DNA of 64,000 bases from Spirochaetia bacterium (lineage in GTDB: Bacteria; Spirochaetota; Spirochaetia; CADAEX01). The notes beneath the pieces are model-generated. The model did no database searches. It had not been told where the DNA came from and saw only the letters and a list, made by a program, of their open reading frames with translations. The position numbers were made by a program, and so were the translations under genes. Where the stretch lies: assembly GCA_963662795.1 (NCBI GenBank), contig OY759746.1, positions 1,824,001 through 1,888,000 of the forward strand. The letters run 5' to 3'. Below are positions 41,836 to 51,910 of this stretch, in pieces; the stretch's first letter is position 1, and each line of letters starts with the position of its first letter.

Positions 41836-42993
41836 ATGAGTGAAAATAATCGATTATTGATTATAGGCGCCGGATTTTCTAAATTAGCTGGATTGCCACT
41901 TGGGAATGAACTGTTTAATCTAGTTAGAAATTATGCAAAAAAAATACATGGAAATGATAATATCTTGGAAGCAGAAATTGAAGATTATAAAAGATATAAT
42001 AAAGATTCGTTCAGAAAAGAAATTGATGATAATAATATTTCTTTAGAAGAATTATTATCATTTATGGATATTGAACATGTTCTCAGACTACGTGGAAAAG
42101 ATACATGGAGTAATGATGGTAATGAAGCTCAAGAAATGATAAAACGATTAATTGCAAAAATTATTCACAACAATACTCCTAATTTTGAAAGATTACCAAA
42201 AGAATATTTAGAATTTGCTAAGAATCTCAGAACTTGTGATATTATTATTACTTTTAATTACGATACAATAATTGAAGATATTTTAGATAACATAGGATTA
42301 CCTTATAGATTATTTCAGCATAGATTTAAAACAGTTAATGGAGATACAGGTTTTATTGATGATGAAAAGAAAGAAATTACAGTATTAAAACTTCACGGAT
42401 CAATTGATTGGTTTGATAAAACTGAGTATATCGAATTAAAAGAATCAACTTCGCAAAAATTAAAAAAAGAATATAATCCTGTTGATCCAATTTTTAATTC
42501 TAAAGAGGATTGGGGAATTGAGCCAATTCTTTCCGGGCCAAGATTGCCAATAGATTCGATGAAAAATATTTATAGAATCAGAAAATTAAATAAATATTAT
42601 TCTTATGAATATCCTCCTGCAACACCATATATTATATCTCCTTCATATTGTAAATATGTGTATACACAAAGATTAAAAGATCTTTGGGATGGAATATTAT
42701 TTGGTGGCAGCTTAAACTTTGGTCTTGCAATTATTGGATTTTCATTAACAAATCACGATGAATATATCCATAGAATTATATATACAATATCAAAAAATTA
42801 TCAAAATAATTATTGGGGTGAAGATTTATATGGGTTTAAAAAAACAAAACTTAAACTTATAGATTTTAGAGCCACAGAAGATGATATTAATAATTTAAAG
42901 AAAAGATATTGTTTCTTGGATGAAAAAAAGACTTTATATCATTTAAAAGGTTTTAATTCTGAAGCTATAGAAATTATTTTTAATAATGAATGA
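41836..42993 (+). CDS. SIR2-like domain protein (cassette 13)
   Basis: IIGAGFS...GLPL, TFNYD, KLHGS, IIGFS. Confidence 0.85.
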   Translation: MSENNRLLIIGAGFSKLAGLPLGNELFNLVRNYAKKIHGNDNILEAEIEDYKRYNKDSFRKEIDDNNISLEELLSFMDIEHVLRLRGKDTWSNDGNEAQEMIKRLIAKIIHNNTPNFERLPKEYLEFAKNLRTCDIIITFNYDTIIEDILDNIGLPYRLFQHRFKTVNGDTGFIDDEKKEITVLKLHGSIDWFDKTEYIELKESTSQKLKKEYNPVDPIFNSKEDWGIEPILSGPRLPIDSMKNIYRIRKLNKYYSYEYPPATPYIISPSYCKYVYTQRLKDLWDGILFGGSLNFGLAIIGFSLTNHDEYIHRIIYTISKNYQNNYWGEDLYGFKKTKLKLIDFRATEDDINNLKKRYCFLDEKKTLYHLKGFNSEAIEIIFNNE

Positions 42994-43048
42994 AAAGTCC
43001 AACCCTTGGCTCCGCCCTATCGGGTTGGACAAGACGCGGAGGTACTGC

Positions 43049-43221
43049 AAATAACAGAGGATACTGCACTACGCTCGGAGTACCTCGCTTGGCCTGACGG
43101 CATATTTTGCTATCATCAAACTTGAATAGTAAAAGTTAAACCCTTAACAAGATTAACAAAGTAGACATAAATGTTTTAGAGTTAGAACCGCAAAACATCG
43201 CGTATCCTCAGGACGTTATAG
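43049..43221 (+). repeat. attC-like site 13 (173 bp)
   Basis: AAATAAC-AGAGGATAC...GTATCCTCAGGAC-GTTATAG. Confidence 0.88.
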
Positions 43222-43308
43222 GCAATACCTCCGCGAAGAGAAAATCGCCCGGACCTCCGGCCCACGGGCGAGAGAACCGGGGCAAAGAAAAAGTGTGAGG
43301 GAAAACTC

Positions 43309-43752
43309 ATGGACGATTTAATTATTCGAAAACTTGAAGAGAAAGATTTAGATGAATTATCACTTCTTTATAAACAGTTCTGGAATGAAGAATCAAACAT
43401 TGAAACGATGAAGAAAAAATATCAGGAGATAAAAAACAACCCAAACTATATAATATTATCAGCAGTTATTAATGGAACACTTGTAGGTTCAATTTACGGT
43501 GTGGTGTGTGAAGAATTATATGGAGCATGCAGACCCTTTCTTGTCATGGAAGATTTGATTGTAGATAAAAATATGAGAAAAAAGGGAATAGGCAAAGCAT
43601 TACTTGAAAAAATTGAAAACTTTGGAAAAGAAAAGAAATGCAGCCAGATAATATTTATTACAGAAACAAATAGAATTGATGCAGTTTCCTTTTACGAGAA
43701 AATGGGATTTAAATCAAAAACGCATACTGGCTTTAAAAAACTATTGAATTAA
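43309..43752 (+). CDS. GNAT N-acetyltransferase (cassette 14)
   Basis: LIVDKNMRKKGIGKAL, AVSFYEKMGF. Confidence 0.9.
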   Translation: MDDLIIRKLEEKDLDELSLLYKQFWNEESNIETMKKKYQEIKNNPNYIILSAVINGTLVGSIYGVVCEELYGACRPFLVMEDLIVDKNMRKKGIGKALLEKIENFGKEKKCSQIIFITETNRIDAVSFYEKMGFKSKTHTGFKKLLN

Positions 43753-43817
43753 ATAATGGACAAAGAAAAGAAAAAGTATTAGATTATAAAAGTACGCTAA
43801 TGCGTACGGAGGAAAAC

Positions 43818-44060
43818 ATGGGAGCAATAAACATAACAAATGCAAGGAAAGATTTGTATAATATAGTAAAAGCAGTAAATGATTCACATGAACCAGTGAT
43901 AATTACCGGAAAAAACTCATCAGCAGTAATTGTAGGGGAGAGAGACTGGAGAAATATAGAGGAAACTCTTTATCTTGTATCAATTCCAGGAATGAGACAG
44001 TCAATTCTTGATGGAATGAAAGAACCAATTAGCAAATTATCAGATAAGTTAGATTGGTAA
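43818..44060 (+). CDS. yefM: Phd/YefM antitoxin (cassette 14)
   Basis: NARKDLY, EPVIITGK, ETLYLVSIPGM; GTACGC-TAAT-GCGTAC palindrome upstream. Confidence 0.88.
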   Translation: MGAINITNARKDLYNIVKAVNDSHEPVIITGKNSSAVIVGERDWRNIEETLYLVSIPGMRQSILDGMKEPISKLSDKLDW

Positions 44061-44062
44061 TT

Positions 44063-44323
44063 ATGTACAAAATATTATTTACCAAACAGGCACAGAAAGA
44101 TGCAAAAAAACTATCATCATCGAATTTAAAAAAACAGGCCGAGGAAATTCTTGAGATATTGAAAGAAGACCCTTTTAAAGATTACCCACCTTATGAAAGG
44201 TTGATTGGAGATTTGACAGGAGCTTTTTCAAGAAGAATAAACATCCAGCATAGAATTGTTTATCAGGTGTATGAAAAAGAGAAGATAATAAAAGTAATCA
44301 GGATGTGGACACACTACGAGTAA
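44063..44323 (+). CDS. yoeB: Txe/YoeB toxin (cassette 14)
   Basis: SRRINIQHRIVY, RMWTHYE. Confidence 0.9.
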   Translation: MYKILFTKQAQKDAKKLSSSNLKKQAEEILEILKEDPFKDYPPYERLIGDLTGAFSRRINIQHRIVYQVYEKEKIIKVIRMWTHYE

Positions 44324-44391
44324 TTAATAAGAAAAGAATACGCCCAGCCCTTGGCGGTGCCGTGCGGGCTGGAAGACGCGGAGGTACATGC

Positions 44392-44583
44392 CTATAACAG
44401 CGATTATTTCGCTGCGCTCCCTGTGGTCGCTTGGGCTCCTGCCAGTTGAGCTGGCAGATCGCCATATTTTGTATTCATAAAACCGGAACAACATGTGTTT
44501 TATGCTCTTCAAGTTTGTAAAAACCAAATAAAAGTATTTTAGAGTTTAGTCACAAAACATCGAATAATCGCGAGACGTTAGCA
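44392..44583 (+). repeat. attC-like site 14 (192 bp)
   Basis: Same family as site 2. Confidence 0.88.
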
Positions 44584-44668
44584 GCAATACGTCCCCAAGA
44601 GGCAATCGCCCGGACCTCCGGCCAACGGGCGAAGAAAATATATAAATATACACAGTTTTAAAATAGAG

Positions 44669-46066
44669 GTGATAATTATGTATGGCAAAGTTCTGTTTTA
44701 TAATTCTATCAAAGGTATAGGTAGAATATTGGGAGAGGATTCTGAATTGTATTTTGTTCATTATTCAAAAATTGTTGGAAGAGATTACAAGATTCTTTAT
44801 AAAGGAGAACGGGTATCATTTGAGGTTAAATATCTCCCGCCTAATGAAAATGATGGAGAAAAGCATCATATGGCGATAAATATTAATGTTATAGAAGAAA
44901 AAAATGATACTAAATATTTAAGATTGAATCCTTTTACACCTGATAGACCTGTGAATAGTCCAGACCGCTTTGCTGGTAGAAGAAAAATCATTATTGACAC
45001 TGTTACCGCTCTGCAAAATAATGAAAACATATTGATTACTGGTGATAGAGGAATTGGAAAAAGTTCATTAGCGAATCAATTGTATCTTTTAAGTACAGGT
45101 AATAAATGCTTATTAGAAAGGTACGATATTAAGATAGAAAATAATTTAGATTATGCCCCAATCTCAATAAGATTGTTAAAAGATTATGATATAGCTACAA
45201 TGTCAAAAAAAATTATTCATGAGTATATTCAAAAATATGAATTATTTAAAATAAAAACCGAACATGAGTTTGATTTTAAAATATATAAATTAAAAGTAAA
45301 ACATGAAGATGAAGAAAAAGATATTACGGATTTATTTAATTACGATATTATTAAAATTGCGGAAGCATTAAAAAAGAAAAATGGTTTATTGATTTTTATT
45401 GATGAGATTGAAAATATTGACCCAGAAGCTGGTTTATCTAATTTTATAAAAAATGTAACAGAATATTTCAATATTGAAAGAAAAAAAATTAACTTTATAA
45501 TGTCGGGTATTAATTCAGCATCAACAAAACATTTTTTAGTTCATAGATCGTTTAATAGGTTATTTACTTCAATACAATTAAAAGAATTATCTATGATTGA
45601 GGCCGATGAATTTTTAACTTTATATTTAGAAAATAATTCTACACATATTATGGATTCCACTAGATCAAAATTAATAAAAGCATCTCGAGGACTACCTGTT
45701 AATCTACAATTATTAGGGTTTTATTCATATCAATTGGATGATGATAATAGAATATCAAAAAATGATTTAGATGATGCAATAGAACACATATTAGAAGTCA
45801 AAAAAAATGAATATGCTAATCGACATGAAAGTATTGGTTTTGGTCTTCCTGAAGAAATATTAAAATATATTTATAAAGAAAAAAAATTCAATGAAATAAA
45901 GATTGATTTTCTTTTAGAAAAGTTTCAAACCGATGAAATAAAAGTTATAGAATCATTAAATAAATTAGAAAAGTGTGAACTTATAACAAAGTATGCTAAA
46001 GGTAGGTATTTTATAAAAGATTATTTATTCCATTTATATTTACAAAAACATTATTATACATTTTAA
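44669..46066 (+). CDS. Cold-shock-domain + P-loop (STAND/AAA-like) NTPase + probable winged helix (cassette 15)
   Basis: GKVLFYNSIKGIGRI...FVHYSKI (CSD); NPFTP..FAGR, GDRGIGKSS, IFIDEIE, SRGLP. Confidence 0.75.
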   Translation: MIIMYGKVLFYNSIKGIGRILGEDSELYFVHYSKIVGRDYKILYKGERVSFEVKYLPPNENDGEKHHMAININVIEEKNDTKYLRLNPFTPDRPVNSPDRFAGRRKIIIDTVTALQNNENILITGDRGIGKSSLANQLYLLSTGNKCLLERYDIKIENNLDYAPISIRLLKDYDIATMSKKIIHEYIQKYELFKIKTEHEFDFKIYKLKVKHEDEEKDITDLFNYDIIKIAEALKKKNGLLIFIDEIENIDPEAGLSNFIKNVTEYFNIERKKINFIMSGINSASTKHFLVHRSFNRLFTSIQLKELSMIEADEFLTLYLENNSTHIMDSTRSKLIKASRGLPVNLQLLGFYSYQLDDDNRISKNDLDDAIEHILEVKKNEYANRHESIGFGLPEEILKYIYKEKKFNEIKIDFLLEKFQTDEIKVIESLNKLEKCELITKYAKGRYFIKDYLFHLYLQKHYYTF

Positions 46067-46152
46067 TAAAATGTGTTATTTATTTTAATATCAATAAAAT
46101 AAGTCCAGCCTTGGCGTTGCCGTGCGGCTTGGACAAGAAGGGGACGTACAGC

Positions 46153-46344
46153 TGCTAACAGCGATTATTTCGCTTCGCTCCCTGTGGTCGCTTGGGCTCC
46201 TGCCAGTTGAGCTGGCAGATCGCCATATTTTGTTTTCATAAAACCGGAAGAACATGTGTTTTATGCTCTTCAAGTTTGTAAAAACCAAATAAAAGTATTT
46301 TAGAGTTTAGTTACAAAACATCGAATAATCGCGAGACGTTAGCA
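46153..46344 (+). repeat. attC-like site 15 (192 bp)
   Basis: Same family as site 2. Confidence 0.88.
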
Positions 46345-46442
46345 GCAATACGTCCCCAAGAGAAATCGCCCGGACCTCCGGCCGACGGGCGAATAGGTTT
46401 TTATCTGATTAGGAACGTTTTATAAACAAAATAGAGATAACA

Positions 46443-47180
46443 GTGAATAGTCTTAAAAAAGCCATTAAATTAGAAAAAAAAGGAAACTATAAAGCAGCTT
46501 TAGTTTCATATAAAAAGATTGAGACAGATGATTTATCTGAAAAAGAACATTTATATGTAAATAGATCGATCGCTGCCTGTTTATTCTATCTAAGAGAATA
46601 TGATAAAGCAATTCAGGAATATGAAAAAATACTCAAAGAATTCTTTTTGGATACATTTTTAAAAAATCAAATAGAAGAGAATATGCAATTATGCTTTTTA
46701 TATGGTTCTTCAGCACAGAAAGCAATAGAGTATTTTAAAAATAGAATATTGAATGAAAAAAGCAATATAGAAAAGAAATGCTGGTGGTATTGGTATACAG
46801 GACAAGGATTTCAAAGATTAAAAGAATTTAAAGCAGCTGAAATAGCTTATGAACATGCATATCAAACATCAAAAGAATTAAACAGTCCAAAGGAAGATTT
46901 TTATCTTCTTTATATAGCAGTAATAAAAATATTTCAAAAACAATTACAAAATGCTGATGAAATATTAGTTTTATATAAAGAAATATATAATCAAAAAGAT
47001 ATAACTGGGTTGTTTCAAATAATTACGGGTTTAGTTGCTATGCAAAAAGATTTTACTAAAGGACGGAAGCTTTATCATAATGGAATCAAAAAAGCCAAAA
47101 AAGGAAAGTGGATAGAAAACATTGAACTTGCCGAAGAGTTGTTAAAAGTCTGTAAAGAAGAAAGCTATGTCAAAAGATGA
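46443..47180 (+). CDS. TPR-like repeat protein (cassette 16)
   Basis: Helical repeats such as ACLFYLREYDKAIQEYEK, GQGFQRLKEFKAAEIAYEHA. Confidence 0.65.
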   Translation: MNSLKKAIKLEKKGNYKAALVSYKKIETDDLSEKEHLYVNRSIAACLFYLREYDKAIQEYEKILKEFFLDTFLKNQIEENMQLCFLYGSSAQKAIEYFKNRILNEKSNIEKKCWWYWYTGQGFQRLKEFKAAEIAYEHAYQTSKELNSPKEDFYLLYIAVIKIFQKQLQNADEILVLYKEIYNQKDITGLFQIITGLVAMQKDFTKGRKLYHNGIKKAKKGKWIENIELAEELLKVCKEESYVKR

Positions 47181-47673
47181 TATAATTGTTAAAAAAATAT
47201 TTCCGCCGCTTGATGATTTATACATGCTTTTGAAAAAAATGCAAAAAGTATTGAATGTGGAAATCAATGAAGAAGATTTTGTTATAGGTAAAAAGCAATT
47301 ATTTTATATTTTTATGCATGAGACAATGCATGCCTTTATCTCTAAAAAAGCACATTGGATATATGATCTTGCTGAATATGAAACAGATTTTATTGATGAA
47401 GTAGTCGCAAGAATAATAATTGATGATTTGATAAAAGAATTAAATATCTACGAAAAGTTGGATTTATTTTATGAAAACCATATTAATCACAGAAAAGATC
47501 TTCCAAAATATGGTTACAATTTAACCCCAGAACAGTATGACGGAATCGAAAGAGAATATTATAGAAATCATTCGAAAGAAAAAGATATTAATGGCTTCTG
47601 TCATTTTGTTCATGATGAGTATAAAAGACTTGGTATTAAACGGAGAGAAGATTTTTCATATAAACAGAATTAA
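47167..47673 (+). CDS. Hypothetical protein with HExxH motif (cassette 16)
   Basis: FMHETMHAF...IDEVVAR zincin-like signature. Confidence 0.55.
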   Translation: MSKDDIIVKKIFPPLDDLYMLLKKMQKVLNVEINEEDFVIGKKQLFYIFMHETMHAFISKKAHWIYDLAEYETDFIDEVVARIIIDDLIKELNIYEKLDLFYENHINHRKDLPKYGYNLTPEQYDGIEREYYRNHSKEKDINGFCHFVHDEYKRLGIKRREDFSYKQN

Positions 47674-47755
47674 GAAAATATTTAATAGCTAATATATAAA
47701 GAAGTCCGGCCTTGGCTTCCAGCCGTACGGCCTGGACAAGAAGGGGACGTACAGC

Positions 47756-47947
47756 TGCTAACAGCGATTATTTCGCTGCGCTCCCTATGGTCGCTTGGGC
47801 TCCTGCCAGTTGAGCTGGCAGATCGCCATATTTTGTTTTAATAAAACTGGAACAATATGTATTCTATGCTTTTTAAGTTTAAAAAAATTAAATAAAAGTA
47901 TTTTAGAGTTTAGCCGCAAAACATCGAATAATCGCGAAACGTTAGCA
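47756..47947 (+). repeat. attC-like site 16 (192 bp)
   Basis: Same family as site 2. Confidence 0.88.
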
Positions 47948-48174
47948 GCAATACGTCCCCAAGAGGAAATCGCCCGGACCTCCGGCCGACGGGCGAGAAA
48001 ATATAGTTAACAGTGTATGTACAAAAAGTAAAGCTTTCATATTAAATCATTACTTGGATAGATGCTACCTGCGTTGCGTCCAAAACTATTATACTTGGAT
48101 TAAATCATTACATATGCTACTATGTTGTTTCATAATATCTTCGAGGGAAATATCCATTTAAGGGAAAATAATAG

Positions 48175-49665
48175 ATGATTCAAGGCACACTTTTTGACAT
48201 AGAATCAAAGACAATTGAAAGCATTTCAAACCCTGAAACCTATAAAGGAATTTATGCATTCCATAAATATTGGGGTAAAAAACCTTCTGAAAGCCTTTGC
48301 TACTTTATTCAAACTTGTACAAAAGCAGGAGATTTAGTTCTTGATCCATTTCTGGGATCAGGTCTTATAAGTATTGAAACCAATGCATTATCAAGAAGAT
48401 TTATAGGTATAGATATTAATCCTTTCTCGATAGAGCATACATCTTTTTTATTATCATTGCCAAAACCTAATGATTATATTTCAGCAGTACAAGAAATTAA
48501 AAAGAATACACAACAGAAAATATTAGAAACATATAAAATGACTGATGGTAAATATGCATCTCATTATTTATGGGAAAAAGAAGATTTAATTAAAGTATGG
48601 AGAAAACCAGAAACTGGAAAAAATAGAATTGAATATAATCCTACAAAACATGATCTTGAAGTGATCAAAAGTTTTGAGGATTATAAAATACGCAATATAA
48701 ATAAAGGAACTTTTTTTGAAAATGCAAGAATAAATGCAAAAAAAGATATGAGCATTTATGATTTATTTACAAAAAGAGCACTTCATAATATTGATCTATT
48801 ATTAGATGAAATTAAAAAATATCCAGAAATAATTCAAAGAGCATTACTATTAACCCTTACCTCTTCTTCAGGCCAAATGTCATCTATGGTATTTGCGATA
48901 ACTGGTCGTGGAAAAACAAAAAATGAAGAGTCTACAAAAATTGAAGTTGGAAGCTGGGTGATTGGATTGTGGCGTCCTGAATTACATTTTGAGATAAATG
49001 TATGGAATTGTTTTGAAAATCGAACGAAAAAATTGTATAAGGCTTTATCTGAGACTGAAAATCGGAATATACCTTTTACAAAAGATGTACTGAGTGTTTT
49101 TTCTAAAAAGACAAATATCGCTATAGTTCAAGGAAATTCATTAAAAGTTTTATCCGCCTTCCCTGAAAAATCTATAATGTTAATCATTACTGATCCACCA
49201 CATAGTGACAGAATACCTTATCTTGAATTAAGTGAAATGTGGAATTGCTTACTAAACAAAGAGTCCGATTTTTCAGAAGAAATTGTTGTTTCCAATGCAA
49301 AAGAACGTAATAAAAATAAACAAAAGTATTCAGAAGATATGAGTGAAATATTAATTGAATCAAGTAGGATACTTCATGAAGATGGTTTTCTATTAATGTA
49401 TTTCAACGCTCGCGATAAGCAAAGTTGGGATTTTTTTAATGTAATTAATAGTAAAACAGATTTAGTATTTATTGGAGCTTTTCCTATGGAATATTCCGCC
49501 AATTCTGTAGTTCAAGATAATAGAAAAGGCTCAATGAAAACAGACTTTCTATTAGTTTTTAAGCATAATAATGGTAAAAACAATTTACATGCTCTCCGTA
49601 AGATACCTGGATGGATTCAAGAGCTGCCAAAACAAGCAACTATATTAGGAGAAATAAATGAGTAA
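48175..49665 (+). CDS. Amino-(N4C/N6A) DNA methyltransferase (cassette 17)
   Basis: HKYWGKKP, LDPFLGSG SAM motif, IGIDINP, TDPPH catalytic-like motif. Confidence 0.82.
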   Translation: MIQGTLFDIESKTIESISNPETYKGIYAFHKYWGKKPSESLCYFIQTCTKAGDLVLDPFLGSGLISIETNALSRRFIGIDINPFSIEHTSFLLSLPKPNDYISAVQEIKKNTQQKILETYKMTDGKYASHYLWEKEDLIKVWRKPETGKNRIEYNPTKHDLEVIKSFEDYKIRNINKGTFFENARINAKKDMSIYDLFTKRALHNIDLLLDEIKKYPEIIQRALLLTLTSSSGQMSSMVFAITGRGKTKNEESTKIEVGSWVIGLWRPELHFEINVWNCFENRTKKLYKALSETENRNIPFTKDVLSVFSKKTNIAIVQGNSLKVLSAFPEKSIMLIITDPPHSDRIPYLELSEMWNCLLNKESDFSEEIVVSNAKERNKNKQKYSEDMSEILIESSRILHEDGFLLMYFNARDKQSWDFFNVINSKTDLVFIGAFPMEYSANSVVQDNRKGSMKTDFLLVFKHNNGKNNLHALRKIPGWIQELPKQATILGEINE

Positions 49666-50767
49666 GTCATTCAGAACATGGAAAAAACAACACGATAGTA
49701 AAGATCTTCAACCGTTTAGTTATGATAAAGAAGGCCTTTTATGGCTAAAAATTAAATCGATTGTAAGAAAAGAAATAATTTCAGAGTTTCTTACAACAAC
49801 CGGAATTACATTATCATCAACTACTTTAACAAAGCAATTTGAAGAATTATATAATCTTCTTTCAAATGATGTTGAAGGTTCTCATGAAATCATTAATCAT
49901 TATATACTTAAAAAAAATATAGAAATTATTGGAAATCTTGATCAAGAGCAACTCGTTTCTGAACTTTACAAGTTAAAAGTATTTGAATGGGGTGGTGATT
50001 ATCAAAATTCTCTTGATAAATACTTAGTCAGCCGTTATGTAAAAGCAATTTCTTCTTATGATTTATTATTGACAAAGTTTGATACTGAAATCAATAGAGC
50101 AGTACAAGGGTATGTATTAAATAGCTGGTATAATCATTGGTCAAGCATATTGATTGAACATTTATTTAAGTCGCATTCTTCAGTACTTCCTACTGTCGGA
50201 CAAATAAAAAGTGTTGATTTTTTCATTAATGATGTACCATTTGATCTCAAAGTAACTTATTTCCCCACTGAATATCTAAAGCAAAAAAGAAAAGAAAAAG
50301 GGTTCCCTGTTGAGTTAACATTTTTAAAATCAAAAGCTCGTGAACTTGGAATCCCATTTAATTCAGATAATTCTCCTTCAAATATTTATTATGAAATAAC
50401 TGAGAAACTTAAAGATCGTGGAGATAAAAAAAGTCTAAACGTATTAAAAGAAATTAAAGAGAGTAATCTTTTAATTGTTAAAGAGACAATTGAATCTCCG
50501 AAAATACTTGCCAAATGGCTCTATGAAAATCAAGGAGAAATGAGATTTGGCTCAGAAAATAGGTTGTTTCTTGTTCTAATAGATATTAATGATTTTTCTA
50601 GCTCTTGGAAGCTTAAGCGAAATATTGATTTACTTAGACCTTCAATATATTCTTTTCTCGATGAATTTTGCAACAAAGATATTCAAGATTTGAAAATTGA
50701 ATTTACATATCCTGGACGCCCACAAATATTTAATACGTTAGCAGATGTAATATTTATTATAAAATAA
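49658..50767 (+). CDS. Putative restriction endonuclease partner (cassette 17)
   Basis: Overlaps MTase stop; VDFFINDVPFDLKVT PD-(D/E)xK-like motif. Confidence 0.6.
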   Translation: MSKSFRTWKKQHDSKDLQPFSYDKEGLLWLKIKSIVRKEIISEFLTTTGITLSSTTLTKQFEELYNLLSNDVEGSHEIINHYILKKNIEIIGNLDQEQLVSELYKLKVFEWGGDYQNSLDKYLVSRYVKAISSYDLLLTKFDTEINRAVQGYVLNSWYNHWSSILIEHLFKSHSSVLPTVGQIKSVDFFINDVPFDLKVTYFPTEYLKQKRKEKGFPVELTFLKSKARELGIPFNSDNSPSNIYYEITEKLKDRGDKKSLNVLKEIKESNLLIVKETIESPKILAKWLYENQGEMRFGSENRLFLVLIDINDFSSSWKLKRNIDLLRPSIYSFLDEFCNKDIQDLKIEFTYPGRPQIFNTLADVIFIIK

Positions 50768-50823
50768 AAAAGTCCAGCCTTGGCTTCCAGCCGTGCGGCC
50801 TGGACAAGAAGGGGACGTACTGC

Positions 50824-50977
50824 TGCTAACAGCGAATGACCGGTTCCGGCTGTTTCTAAGGAAGCAGCCTCCACCCAAATTGCCTAAATAATACATGTTA
50901 AGAATAATGGAATAGAGTATAAACTTCTGGAATGAAAAGCATAATCGGCAACTTCGGTCATTCGCGGGACGTTATAA
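50824..50977 (+). repeat. attC-like site 17 (154 bp class)
   Basis: TGCTAAC-AGCGAATGACCG...CGGTCATTCGCGGGAC-GTTATAA. Confidence 0.88.
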
Positions 50978-51073
50978 GCAATGTTCCCGCAAGAGGACAC
51001 CGCCCGGACCTCCGGCCGACGGGCGAGGATATGAAGTATAATATATAAGAACACTAAACTTTACGAGGGGAGA

Positions 51074-51910
51074 ATGATGTATTGTTACAATTGTAGAAAA
51101 GAGTTTTTTATTGAAGATGAATTAATAAAAGCAAAAAAAATTGTGAAATATTTCCAATCCATGTCAATGCCAATAGGTGATATCAATAATATTGAATATA
51201 TAAAGAAAGAATTATCTAAAAAATTTTTTAACAATATAATTTCTGATATTAGTTTCATTGATAAATATGAAGATTTTGCTAAATCTTTAAATAACGATGA
51301 AGTTATATGTCCTGAATGCGAAAATAGAGTTCATTATAATATTTTAGATAAGATTGAATCTCACTTATATTCAGAACTTAGCGATTTAGAGTTTAAATAT
51401 ATTGAAGAATACTTTCAAAAAAAATGCGGAAAAAATGTTACGAAATTATTTTCTTTACCAAAAGAATATTCTGGAACAATAACTTACTACCATAAAATGC
51501 TAAAAGAATATTTTCCTGATGATTATCAGAACTTTATGAAAATGCATGACTTTATCTATAGGTTTAATCCATGTGGCGGGCGTGGTGGTGATGGAGAATA
51601 CCAAATATTTTCAATTATTTATAATTTCCTTACCGACGAATTTGTTAAAAACGTGTTTTATGATCTTTTAAAAGGTTCCTCCGTTTTTCTATTTACAAAA
51701 TATTGTATCCATCTTAAGAATAAGAAAGTAATTGAAAAGGCTAAATTAAAAGCTGAACAATTGATTGAAGACACAGAAACAAGAGAATATTATTATGAAG
51801 GGTTATTGTTTTCCTTTCTTACGAAGAAAGAGAAAAAGAAGCTTATAAATACAGTGTCAAAAAAAATGAGTAAAGAAATAATAAAGAAAATAAAAAAGGC
51901 ACTTATGTAG
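51074..51910 (+). CDS. Hypothetical protein with two CxxC motifs (cassette 18)
   Basis: YCYNC and ICPEC; long open frame. Confidence 0.55.
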   Translation: MMYCYNCRKEFFIEDELIKAKKIVKYFQSMSMPIGDINNIEYIKKELSKKFFNNIISDISFIDKYEDFAKSLNNDEVICPECENRVHYNILDKIESHLYSELSDLEFKYIEEYFQKKCGKNVTKLFSLPKEYSGTITYYHKMLKEYFPDDYQNFMKMHDFIYRFNPCGGRGGDGEYQIFSIIYNFLTDEFVKNVFYDLLKGSSVFLFTKYCIHLKNKKVIEKAKLKAEQLIEDTETREYYYEGLLFSFLTKKEKKKLINTVSKKMSKEIIKKIKKALM

